DNA of 64,000 nt from Nostoc sp. (lineage in GTDB: Bacteria > Cyanobacteriota > Cyanobacteriia > Cyanobacteriales > Nostocaceae). A program made the translations under genes and the position numbers. The stretch's first letter is position 1. Each line of letters opens with the position of its first letter. Below the pieces are notes generated by a model. The model saw only the letters and a program-made list of their open reading frames with translations. It had not been told where the DNA came from and searched no databases. The stretch is from the NCBI GenBank assembly GCA_036918135.1, contig JBALDB010000056.1:416001-480000 (forward strand). The letters run 5' to 3'. This document shows, one piece after another, positions 11,442 to 20,975 of the stretch.

Positions 11442-12188
11442 TGTATCAGTTTGATTTAGATAACTAGGGTCTTCAGTACCAAGCAGCTTGTCCCAGAACG
11501 TAAAATACAAACCGTAGTGTACTTTATACTTGCGATGATGTATTGAATGATGCATAGAACCAATCAACCACTTTCCAATCCAATGGCTCTTATATGAAGT
11601 AGGAAATACTTCAAATCCGAGATGGGTAAACACAGCCCATACTGTCATAGTTATAAGTGCGGCAACTAAGGTAATAAAATGCAGTGGAACTATGAAGCTC
11701 ACACCTACAAAAAAAAGTGCTTGTACAATTGCCTCTGGCAAATCAAACGCAGAAGAACTCCAAGGCGTTGGTTCTCCGGAACGGTGGTGTCCATAATGCA
11801 TCCATTTAAAAATTAGAGGGTGGTGAAACATCCGATGGATAAAGTAAAAATATGTATCATGAAGAATTAACACCACACCAAAGCTAGCTATCAAATACCA
11901 CAATCCGTATTGGTGTAAATCGGTATATAATAGCGTTGCTCCCCAAGTATACTCTGAAATAATAAACGCTCCACAAATACCAAAAACTACTGCGGAGAGT
12001 ATCGATAATTCAATATCTTTTATAATGGAAGAATTCACCAACGGTTTTAAACGCAAACTCTTGTTGGCGAGAAACTTTCCCATAACTGAATAAAAGAGCA
12101 AGTATGCTCCTCCAGCTATCAGAAAATATCGAGCAAGAGTGATAACGAAGAAGAAAAAGCAATAATACCAAAATGAGTGACTCGTCAA
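11439..12188 (-). CDS. Sterol desaturase / fatty acid hydroxylase family protein
   Basis: His boxes HRMFH, HYGHH and HHSIHH; YGLYFTFWDKLLGT; several TM segments. Confidence 0.9.
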   Translation of the reverse strand: MTSHSFWYYCFFFFVITLARYFLIAGGAYLLFYSVMGKFLANKSLRLKPLVNSSIIKDIELSILSAVVFGICGAFIISEYTWGATLLYTDLHQYGLWYLIASFGVVLILHDTYFYFIHRMFHHPLIFKWMHYGHHRSGEPTPWSSSAFDLPEAIVQALFFVGVSFIVPLHFITLVAALITMTVWAVFTHLGFEVFPTSYKSHWIGKWLIGSMHHSIHHRKYKVHYGLYFTFWDKLLGTEDPSYLNQTDT

Positions 12189-12234
12189 TCAGACCCATCC
12201 CTAATATTAATTTAGTGAAATGAAAGTGGTGATT

Positions 12235-12369
12235 ATACAGCGAATTTCAAATCAGTGAAGTACACAACCTAAGTCTGGTTGCTTAGTATCAAATTTGTCT
12301 AACTTATGAATCTTAACGCCTTAGCAGAGCGTCTTTGCGAGGCTCCTGAATTAACCAATTATGCTGTAT
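12235..12369. repeat. Short dispersed repeat / miniature element with ATACAGC...GCTGTAT ends
   Basis: Left end TA(C/T)AGC..TTTCA recurs near 260, 16494, 39762, 44227 and 61428. Confidence 0.45.
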
Positions 12370-12779
12370 CAAGCAATTCACATTTAATAATCTCAGTATT
12401 TGAGGGAAAAAGCAAGGATATATAAGACTGTTAACAGAGAATTAAAAAGCTTGTTGAAATAATTACAATACAGTTAAGACAGTCAATGATAAGAAAATTG
12501 TACAACCAACGATGAAAAAAATTACCCTACTCCCGACTCCTCACTCTCTATTTTTAAGCTACCTAATCACAGAAAAATTTCATAATCAAACATAAAAAAG
12601 GTTTATAATCCTACTTTCCATTCTCTACTACATTTTTTAAGCTAGTTAAGACAGTTAATTTTGCTCGAAAACAGTTTTTGGACGAGTGCAACCAAGCCAG
12701 TAGAAGGAAGTCGATGTCTGATAAAAATGCTAAAAATAATTTGATATCTGTAGCGATCTAAGCTTAGTTGTAATTTTCT

Positions 12780-13751
12780 ATGAATCGTTCCGCCTGCCTC
12801 ATATTCAATCCAGTAGCGGGTCAGGGTGACCCAGAATTAGAACTGGCAGAAATTCGAGCAATATTAGAGCCAGAAATAGATTTAGATATTTATCTAACAA
12901 CTGAAGAAGTTGGTGCTGACGCTTTGGCGTATGCAGCAGTGGAGCGAGGGGTAGATGCGATTATCGCTTCCGGGGGAGATGGCACCCTCTCTGCGGCAGC
13001 GGCCGCAATAGTGGGTAGTGATATTCCATTTGGGATAATTTCCCGAGGTACAGCAAACGCTTTTGCTACAGCTTTAGGAATTCCTGAGACGATCGCAGCT
13101 GCATGTCAGACAATATTGCAGGGAGGAACCCGCAATGTAGATGTAGCCTATTGTAACAATCTTCCAATGGTATTACTAGTAGGCGTTGGCTTTGAAGCTG
13201 AAACTGTAGAACTCGCAGACCGAGATGCCAAGAATCGTTTTGGAATGATGGCTTACGTCCTCGCAGGAATTCAGCAACTGAGAAACTTAAAAAACTTTGA
13301 TGTTGAAATTGAAACCGAAGACAGAATAATTAAAACTAGCGCTTGTGCAGTAACGGTGGCAAATGCCGCGCCAGCCACTTCAGTTTTGGCACAGGGGCCA
13401 GCAGGGATCATTTTTGATGACGGGCTACTAGATTTAACGATTGTAGCTCCAACTACAAAAGCCGGAGCGATCGCTGCTACATTCCATCTGTTTCAAACAG
13501 CTTCTACAGGCAATGCAGCAGAACGTAATGACATTGGTTACCTGCGATCCAAACAATTTAAAATTACCACAGACCCACCACAAAAAGTTGTTCTAGATGG
13601 CGAAATCATTGGCACAACACCGATAGAAGTCAAGTGTGTAGAAGCAGGCTTAAAAATCTTTGTGCCACTAGTAGAAGAAGTAGAGCCAACAGAAAAACTA
13701 GAGGGACTCCCCAACTTGATTATCGAGATGAAAAATCCAGTCGAAGAGTGA
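12780..13751 (+). CDS. YegS/BmrU family lipid (diacylglycerol) kinase
   Basis: IFNPVAG, SGGDGT, GTANAFA and DDGLLD motifs. Confidence 0.93.
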   Translation: MNRSACLIFNPVAGQGDPELELAEIRAILEPEIDLDIYLTTEEVGADALAYAAVERGVDAIIASGGDGTLSAAAAAIVGSDIPFGIISRGTANAFATALGIPETIAAACQTILQGGTRNVDVAYCNNLPMVLLVGVGFEAETVELADRDAKNRFGMMAYVLAGIQQLRNLKNFDVEIETEDRIIKTSACAVTVANAAPATSVLAQGPAGIIFDDGLLDLTIVAPTTKAGAIAATFHLFQTASTGNAAERNDIGYLRSKQFKITTDPPQKVVLDGEIIGTTPIEVKCVEAGLKIFVPLVEEVEPTEKLEGLPNLIIEMKNPVEE

Positions 13752-13921
13752 GGGTATGGCATTGGGAGTGTTGAGTGTTGAGTTGTTGAACCAGAATTTA
13801 TGATTCCCCTTTTTGCCCCCCTGCCCCCTTTACACAGCGATTAGTTATTGTTTTATTTAGAAGTTTCCTACCCCTCATCTCCCCACTCTCTTACAATTGA
13901 AGATTCAGGAGTTAGATTGCA

Positions 13922-15487
13922 TTGAAACTAGTATCCGATCCACCTATTGCTAAAAAAATTCGCAAAATGAATCAGCGGGTACGATGGCAAGACCCGTTGA
14001 TTGTAGAACGCAGCATCGACCAAACTCGATTAGTGCTAGATGATGGCCAAGCAGAGAATTCAGAGTTTTCGTTTTTAGTTGTAGGTGATAGTGGTTCTGG
14101 AAGGCATGGGGGACAGAATCCCCAGCGACAGGTAGCCGAACTGATACTGCCCCATCACAATGAATGTCGTTTTATGCTACATACCGGGGATGTAATCTAT
14201 TTAGTGGGGTCGAGTGAGTACTACCAGCAGAACTTCATTGAGCCTTACCGAGAGTTTCTCTTGGGTGGAGAGCATCCCAGACAAATTGCTTATGACCAGA
14301 TGGTTTTTAAGCTGCCGATTTTACCTGTGCTGGGAAATCATGATTATTACGATCTGCCGATTTTCTTAGGCTTAGTGTCTGTGACAACATTACCCATTCG
14401 TAAGCTGTTGCGATCGCGGTTAGACTTAGATGTAGGTTTGCATGGCTCAGATACGGGTGATGCCTACGCTCGTGCGTTTTTAGACTATCTCAAAGCGTTT
14501 CGGCTTCCAGGAGAGTTAGACGATCATTTAAATCGCTACTACACTGCCAAGACAGACACAGGTCGTTGTCTTTCTTATCAACCAGGGCACTTCACCCGCC
14601 TCCCCAATCGCTACTACACTTTTCGCTACGGCGGTATTGACTTTTTTGCCTTGGATTCTAATACATTTAACGATCCACCACCTTTACCAAAAACAAGGCA
14701 AGGTGAAGCAGATCGTCAAATCTTGGAAAAACGTCGTCAGGATTTAGAGCAAGAAAAGCTGCAAATCATGGAAACCTCAACTAAGCTCAATCCTGAAAAC
14801 CCCATCGAAGTCGATGAGTTAGAGGACTTCCAAGCCAAGCTGTCGCAAATTGAAGAAATTATTGTTGATATCGATAAGCAACTAGCTACAGATCGACCAA
14901 CCGAGACTGATGTTGAACAACTCGATTGGCTCAAGCAGAGATTAATTGAATCTTGGAACACAAAGGAAGTTCGGGGACGGGTGGTTTATTTCCACCATCC
15001 TCCTTATGTGACTGAGGCGACGAAGTGGCAACAAGCACAAACTTTGACAATTCGCAACCACCTACGTGATGTTCTCGATGGAGTAGCTCAACAAATAGGT
15101 TCTCTCAATCAGGGGCGTCCTTTGGTTGATTTGGTATTGAATGGACACGCTCACTGCTTAGAATATCTCCAAACAACGGATACAGGGCACGGTGATTCTC
15201 ATATCCACTGGCTTGTTTGTGGTGGTAGCGGGTTTAGTCTGCGACGCCAGCGAATTGAAGGAGCAGATTTGATGGAAGAGAATAGATTAGTAGCGCGATC
15301 GCATTTGTTTATCGGTCGCAATGGTTACCGTTCTCAGAAACGACGGCCTTATTCAGGTTTACGCATTGATGTCAAAGGCGAAGGTGATCCCAAGTTTATT
15401 GTTCGTCCCTTGGTTGCCGAATGGTATCAACGACAATGGCATAATAGCGAACTTGAACCGTTGATCGTTTCAGGAATGGGGCATTGA
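13922..15487 (+). CDS. Metallophosphoesterase (calcineurin-like)
   Basis: GDSG, HTGDVIY, GNHDY, HHPPY and NGHAH motifs; TTG start. Confidence 0.9.
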   Translation: MKLVSDPPIAKKIRKMNQRVRWQDPLIVERSIDQTRLVLDDGQAENSEFSFLVVGDSGSGRHGGQNPQRQVAELILPHHNECRFMLHTGDVIYLVGSSEYYQQNFIEPYREFLLGGEHPRQIAYDQMVFKLPILPVLGNHDYYDLPIFLGLVSVTTLPIRKLLRSRLDLDVGLHGSDTGDAYARAFLDYLKAFRLPGELDDHLNRYYTAKTDTGRCLSYQPGHFTRLPNRYYTFRYGGIDFFALDSNTFNDPPPLPKTRQGEADRQILEKRRQDLEQEKLQIMETSTKLNPENPIEVDELEDFQAKLSQIEEIIVDIDKQLATDRPTETDVEQLDWLKQRLIESWNTKEVRGRVVYFHHPPYVTEATKWQQAQTLTIRNHLRDVLDGVAQQIGSLNQGRPLVDLVLNGHAHCLEYLQTTDTGHGDSHIHWLVCGGSGFSLRRQRIEGADLMEENRLVARSHLFIGRNGYRSQKRRPYSGLRIDVKGEGDPKFIVRPLVAEWYQRQWHNSELEPLIVSGMGH

Positions 15488-15631
15488 AGTGTTGACTGTT
15501 GAGCAGAGCCAGAGATGCTACGGCTCTGTGCTTTCCACATTCCCCATTCACCAATCTACCGATCCGATCGCAACATCAATACTTACCAGGATGACGAAAA
15601 TATCTGCTACTTTTTGACCTTAGATTAATTA

Positions 15632-15656
15632 TAGAGACGCAACCATTGCGTCTCTA
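15632..15656. repeat. REP-like palindrome AGAGACGC...GCGTCTCTA
   Basis: Palindrome; a related copy lies at 20510-20536 (AGAGACGCGATAAATCGCCGTCTCTAC). Confidence 0.6.
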
Positions 15657-15840
15657 CAAACTTTCTCGTTAGCCTTTATTACGTGTAATTGTACCCAGGA
15701 AAAAATAATGGTTTTTAAGAGTTATCTGTTATTAGTTGTCAGTTTTGTTCGTTAGGTCAAAGTTCCACACAAAAATTGATAGTAAACGTTGGTGTGAGGT
15801 AATACCACACCAGACGCCTATTCATTGTTCACTGATTTTA

Positions 15841-16248
15841 TTAAACTGCTCCTGGCCCTCTACCACGCTGGTCACCTTTTTCTGTCAACTTACCTTCTTC
15901 ATCATCCTGGTTAACTTCTGCAAGTTCTTCAACACGTTCTGCTGTATCTTCTGCTGCTACTTGGCGTGCATCACCCGGTTTCTCATAGTACATTTCAGGT
16001 TCAACTGCATAGTTATTTAATAAACCTTCTCTGTCTACAGTGTAACCGTCAGTAGTACGTATACTTTCGGCATCGGTTTGGTCATCAGTAGGTGCACTTG
16101 CTTCTCTTTCTTCTGTAGGAATTGTTTTAAACTTATCTCCTTCTCTTTCTTTCCGAGCAGCTGTTTCAGCTGGCACAATACCGCGATCGTATGTATCTTC
16201 TTGTGCGCGTTCGGATGAATCTATACCTTTTTTAGCTGCTTCAGCCAT
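15841..16248 (-). CDS. Small, highly acidic hydrophilic hypothetical protein
   Basis: 135-aa ORF with RBS (GAGGA); conserved-looking GYTVDREGLLNNYAVEPEMY motif. Confidence 0.85.
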   Translation of the reverse strand: MAEAAKKGIDSSERAQEDTYDRGIVPAETAARKEREGDKFKTIPTEEREASAPTDDQTDAESIRTTDGYTVDREGLLNNYAVEPEMYYEKPGDARQVAAEDTAERVEELAEVNQDDEEGKLTEKGDQRGRGPGAV

Positions 16249-16727
16249 AAATAATGTCCTCGTTAAAAATGTATTAAATAACTTCGAGAACTAGAGTAGG
16301 CTGGTTTTAATTTCCAATCTACTATCTTGAGAAGTGATTTAAGTTTCAATATATATACTTTTCTCTATCTTTAGATGTATTTAAAAGATTAATATTAAAG
16401 CTAATTCAATAATTTGGATTTACATAGATTAAATAAAATAAATATTTTAGTTAACACTATTTTTTCATTAAGTGATGCCAATTTTTTTTAATTTATAGCG
16501 GTTTTCATTTGAATGAGATACGCAGGTAGATTTGTAGCAACTGTTTTAAAAGTCAACCGAAGTTATAACTATCAACGATTCTAGAAATTGACCCCTGCCT
16601 AGTCGATCGCTACTTCTAAAAGGTGTAGTAGGTGAACAGAGTGGTTTTTGTAATCAATGATAATTTATAGTCATTTTCATTTTAGGTGATGAAAATAGCT
16701 AAAATTTTCTCTAGGGATTCTATGCAG

Positions 16728-17774
16728 CTAATTCTTCATTACTGCATCCAATAGCACATTAGCATCAAAGCGGACGACATCGGTACAAGGTAGCCCAGTT
16801 TCTACTGTAATTTGAGCGATCGCTTCATGAGCTGCAGATTCATCTAAATGGGCTGTGTTTAGTGCTATACCCACTACAGGCACACTCGCAAAAGCACCAC
16901 CAGCACTGGCGACAGTTTCATATAACTGGATTACTTTACGTAAAGGTGGAATTACTACATGGGGATGTTTACGTATATGAACTTGTCCGGCTCGGTGTGC
17001 TAATACCAGTTGGGTTGGTTGGGAACCGCGGATTAAGGGTAAGGTTGCTGTGGAACCAGGATGTAGCAGCGAACCTTGTCCCTCAATGTGTAAAATATCG
17101 TAGTTTTTACCATGGCGCATCACCATCTGTTCCACAGCACCAGCAGCAAAGTCCACCCGCACGGCATCCAAAGCCACACCATCGCCTTCTAACATTACAC
17201 CAGTTTGACCTGTGGCTAAGAATTTAGAATTCCATCCGCGCAGTTTTGACGCCCAATGTAACTCTAGGCTAGTTGACATTTTACCGATCGCCATGTCTGT
17301 TCCCACAGTCAATACCCGTCGACACGGCAGAGTGTGCGCCATTCCACTAGCAATATTTATATTAGATGGCTCTTTCCGCACATCCCAAATTAGTTGCCCT
17401 GGTTTGAGGAGTGCATTTAACTCTGGCATATTTGCCATCGGCGTGTGTAAACCATTCACTAGGGACATTCCAGCTTGTAGAGCGTCTTTAATTTCCAGCC
17501 AGTAATCATCTGGTACGACGCCACCTCCTGGGGCTATACCTATTACTAAGACTTCTGGCTGATACTCCAAGGCTGCGGTTAGTGATGCTACAATTGGCAC
17601 TTCACGCTTGATGCCTGTTAATTCTAGTAGGGATTTGCCAGTAGAGTCGCGATCGATAACTGCGACGATTGGGGCTTGACTATAACGTAAAATTGCTAGC
17701 CCTGTCTTGCCATCAGTCCCGCTAATTCCCTCATGAAGTAAAATAGCTATTCGTTGATTAAGTCCCAGACGCAC
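16728..17774 (-). CDS. DUF1611 family protein (DgcN-like putative N-acetyltransferase)
   Basis: GKTG, VGTDMAIGKMST, ATGQTG and EGQGSL motifs; overlaps the epimerase gene. Confidence 0.88.
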   Translation of the reverse strand: MRLGLNQRIAILLHEGISGTDGKTGLAILRYSQAPIVAVIDRDSTGKSLLELTGIKREVPIVASLTAALEYQPEVLVIGIAPGGGVVPDDYWLEIKDALQAGMSLVNGLHTPMANMPELNALLKPGQLIWDVRKEPSNINIASGMAHTLPCRRVLTVGTDMAIGKMSTSLELHWASKLRGWNSKFLATGQTGVMLEGDGVALDAVRVDFAAGAVEQMVMRHGKNYDILHIEGQGSLLHPGSTATLPLIRGSQPTQLVLAHRAGQVHIRKHPHVVIPPLRKVIQLYETVASAGGAFASVPVVGIALNTAHLDESAAHEAIAQITVETGLPCTDVVRFDANVLLDAVMKN

Positions 17775-18810
17775 TGCGTTGTACCCCCAAACCTGGTAAT
17801 TCGTTTGGCAAAACTCTCCCTTGTTCGATCAATGCACCTGTAAAGGGGTCATCAATTAAGTTAAGGTGACTGTCTAAATCTAAATAATCAGCTAGTGGTG
17901 CTAGCTGTGCTGCTGCTGTATTGGCTAACGAGCTGTCAGAATAGCAACCGAACATTACTTGTAACTTGTAGGCACGGGCTACATGTACCATTCGCATTGC
18001 CTCGGTTAGTCCCCCTGATTTCATCAGTTTGATATTAATACCATCCACATAGTTTGCTAAATCTGGAATATCAGAACTTGTAAAGCAACTTTCATCGACA
18101 AAGATGGGCAGAGGAGAATTTTGCTTGAGTTTTGCTAAACTTATTTCCTGCCCCCGTGGCAATGGCTGTTCTACATATTTTATACCTAAATCAGCCAGCC
18201 AATTGCACATGGCAATCGCATCTGCTAAACTCCACCCGCCGTTAGCATCAACAAAAAATTCTACTTTTGGTGCTACTTTTTGCACTGCTAAGAGCATTTT
18301 TCGGTCTGCTTCTATGCCATCTGGATTACCTAGCTTAACTTTGAAAACACGCACATCCGTAAAGTTTAACCAGTCTTTTGCCCTGGCGATCGCACCTTCT
18401 GGTGAATTAATCCCGATTGTTACAGAAGTCGGCACAATAGCGTGGCGAGCGAGTCCCCAAATTTGCCATAACGGTAACCCTACCCGCTTACCAAGCCAGT
18501 CGTGTATTGCCATATCCAAGGCTGCTTTCACAGCAGAAGGAACCTGGTTTTGGGTTAATACTTGCTCAATTTGCTGCTGCTGTAAGGGACTGAATGCTTG
18601 CAACAGTGGTATAACTTGCTGTATTGAGTTATTGATTGTATCAGTTGATTGTCGATGGTTACCCACACCGAAGGGCGACGCTTCCCCCCAGCCTTCGATT
18701 CCATCTTCTGAAATTCTCACCCAGACATTTGTTGTCTGTGCCGTTGTACCTCGACTAATAGTCAATGGAAATCTCTTATTAACTGTAAATAAATTTACAT
18801 TTATTTGCAT
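17758..18810 (-). CDS. L-Ala-D/L-Glu dipeptide epimerase family protein (enolase superfamily)
   Basis: FKVKLG, VDANGG, EQP, DES, NIKLMKSGG and DLD motifs. Confidence 0.92.
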   Translation of the reverse strand: MQINVNLFTVNKRFPLTISRGTTAQTTNVWVRISEDGIEGWGEASPFGVGNHRQSTDTINNSIQQVIPLLQAFSPLQQQQIEQVLTQNQVPSAVKAALDMAIHDWLGKRVGLPLWQIWGLARHAIVPTSVTIGINSPEGAIARAKDWLNFTDVRVFKVKLGNPDGIEADRKMLLAVQKVAPKVEFFVDANGGWSLADAIAMCNWLADLGIKYVEQPLPRGQEISLAKLKQNSPLPIFVDESCFTSSDIPDLANYVDGINIKLMKSGGLTEAMRMVHVARAYKLQVMFGCYSDSSLANTAAAQLAPLADYLDLDSHLNLIDDPFTGALIEQGRVLPNELPGLGVQRSASGT

Positions 18811-18935
18811 AAATATAGAGCGTTATCATCTTATAGCAAAAGCCAGTGTAAGTTCAAAATTTAGACTATCAGAGGTATCTGTTATACTTTTTTACATTCA
18901 CTGCTTGACTCGTTATTTTATTTATTAATTAATTT

Positions 18936-19490
18936 ATGAGCAACTTAAAAAAATGGAAAACTTTAAAATCCAAAATGGTTTTAGATGATTATTGGTGTCA
19001 GGTTAGGCAAGATGAAATAGAATTGCCCAATGGGAAAATTATCGATGATTATTTTGTCAGTATTAGACCTGACGTTGCAATGGTTTTACCTATAACTAAT
19101 AGTAGAGAAATTATTTTTGTTCGGCAATATAGACACGCTGTCGGTGATTTTTTCTTGGAACTGCCAGCAGGGAATTTCGATTCTACAGAAGAGAGTGCTG
19201 AAGTGGCAGCAATCAGAGAACTTACAGAAGAAACTGGTTATATTTCCCAAGAGTTTATCAAAATCGGAACTTTATACGATAAGCCAAGTAAAGATACTAA
19301 TCAAATACATTTATTTTTAGCAAAAAATGTAAGTAAAGTTGGAGAGCAGAAGTTAGATATTACAGAAGAAATTGAGATTGTATTAATTCCAGTAGAATCA
19401 GTTTTAGAGAAAATTATTCAAGGAAAAATTTCTGTAGCAGGTACTGTAGCTGCTATCTTATTAGGTTTAAAATTTATAACTTATCAATAA
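18936..19490 (+). CDS. NUDIX hydrolase (ADP-ribose pyrophosphatase-like)
   Basis: RQYR and Nudix box ELPAG...AAIRELTEETG. Confidence 0.93.
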   Translation: MSNLKKWKTLKSKMVLDDYWCQVRQDEIELPNGKIIDDYFVSIRPDVAMVLPITNSREIIFVRQYRHAVGDFFLELPAGNFDSTEESAEVAAIRELTEETGYISQEFIKIGTLYDKPSKDTNQIHLFLAKNVSKVGEQKLDITEEIEIVLIPVESVLEKIIQGKISVAGTVAAILLGLKFITYQ

Positions 19491-20026
19491 TTAATAGAGT
19501 TTTTTGCATTTAATAAGAATCCAGCTTCTAAACTTTTTTCGACATTACCACCAACATTCAACGCACCCCCCATCCAAATAATTTTGTGAATTTTTGCTTC
19601 AATATCCGGCGCTTTGTCTAAGGCTACTGCAACCGTCGTCAACGGCCCAGTTACCATCAACGTTACAGGGCTTGATGCGTTACGTAACACTTCAATCGTA
19701 AAATCTTGACCTGTTTTGGCAACCAGAGGCGTAGTAATGATTTCGCTTTGGTTGAGAATGGGAAGATGGTCAACGATAAACGAATCACGGCGATAGAGAG
19801 CAGGAAATGGATTGATACCACGTACAGTACTTTCTGCAACCGGAATATGAGAAAATCCCATTAAATCCAAGATTCTACGTGTGGCGCTAACAGCAGGTTG
19901 GATATAACAATCAGCTGTAACAACAACACCGAGAAGTTCGATACGATCCATTGTCAACAGCAGCATAGTTGCTAAATAATCATCTATACCGCCATCACGA
20001 TCCATTAATACGAGTTGTTTCGACAT
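19484..20026 (-). pseudogene. Nucleoside hydrolase (IU-NH family), 3'-truncated
   Basis: MDRDGGIDD, TGPLT and WMGGA motifs; the frame stops after about 180 aa, well short of the usual ~310 aa. Confidence 0.8.
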
Positions 20027-20044
20027 ATTAAGGAGAATAAAAAA

Positions 20045-20476
20045 ATGGATGAATTTATGCAGGCTGCAATTCAAGAAGCAAAACAAGGCAGACAGGAAGG
20101 TGGAATTCCTATCGGTTCGGTTCTCGTCAAGGATGGCAAAATTCTTGGCAAAGGACACAATAAACGCGTACAAGATGGCGATCCTGTTACCCATGCCGAA
20201 ATTGATTGTCTCCGCAATGCTGGGAGAGTTGGCAACTATAGAGGTACAACACTATATTCAACCTTAATGCCGTGCTATTTATGCGCTGGGGCAGTGGTAC
20301 AATTTGGCATTAAAAAAGTTATCGCTGGAGAATCCAAAACTTTTCCTGGTGCCAAAGACTTTATGGTATCTCACGGTGTAGAAGTAATCGATCTCAATCT
20401 TGACGAATGCGAACAAATAATGAATGAGTTTATTGAAACTAACCCCGAACTTTGGAACGAAGATATCGGCAAGTGA
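20045..20476 (+). CDS. Zinc-dependent nucleoside/cytosine deaminase
   Basis: HAE...PCYLC motif; AAGGAG RBS. Confidence 0.93.
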   Translation: MDEFMQAAIQEAKQGRQEGGIPIGSVLVKDGKILGKGHNKRVQDGDPVTHAEIDCLRNAGRVGNYRGTTLYSTLMPCYLCAGAVVQFGIKKVIAGESKTFPGAKDFMVSHGVEVIDLNLDECEQIMNEFIETNPELWNEDIGK

Positions 20477-20592
20477 AGTTCAAAGAACTGTGGGGGCACA
20501 ACAACAGCAAGAGACGCGATAAATCGCCGTCTCTACTACTTGAAAAACGCTGTATGTAGTTTAATTAAATGAAAATTTCTCTAAAAAATTAG

Positions 20593-20814
20593 TTATTCTT
20601 CTGCTGGATAGAAAAGAAACCACCACAACTCTAGCCCGCTCAAAGCTAAACCAGCGATCGCCACACCAACTTTCAAGCCCAAAGGTTGCTCTATGTGTGG
20701 AAATTGGCTACTTTGTTCTGCATGAACTGGCATTTCTGCTAAAGTTACGGCTGATGTTCCAGTCAACAGAAATAAACCAGCCAGATTTCCCCAAAGTATT
20801 TTTTTGCTAAACAT
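20593..20814 (-). pseudogene. N-terminal fragment of a cupredoxin-domain protein or a small membrane protein
   Basis: IEQPLGLKVGV...GLELWWFL matches my recollection of the N-terminus of cyanobacterial cupredoxin proteins found after Cu-ATPases; no cupredoxin domain follows. Confidence 0.55.
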
Positions 20815-20975
20815 TTGCTAATACCAAAAAGGGACTGGGGATTGGGTATTGAGAACTGGAGACTGGGTAAGTATTCCTAAATTTGAGAGAAGTTAAGTTT
20901 CAAACATAATTTTGGAGTTTTAAACTCAATCTTCAGTCTCTTTTACATCGAAAATCAGATAGTTTGTCTTGGAAT

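Noticed and set aside
18104..18928. 274-aa plus-strand ORF and other antisense ORFs (e.g. 1899-2438, 21919-22278, 50351-50731)
   Set aside because: Shadow frames of well-supported genes on the opposite strand, with no recognisable motifs
20027..20194. N-terminal extension of the nucleoside hydrolase ORF
   Set aside because: It overlaps the deaminase antisense; family similarity begins at MSKQ (20026)
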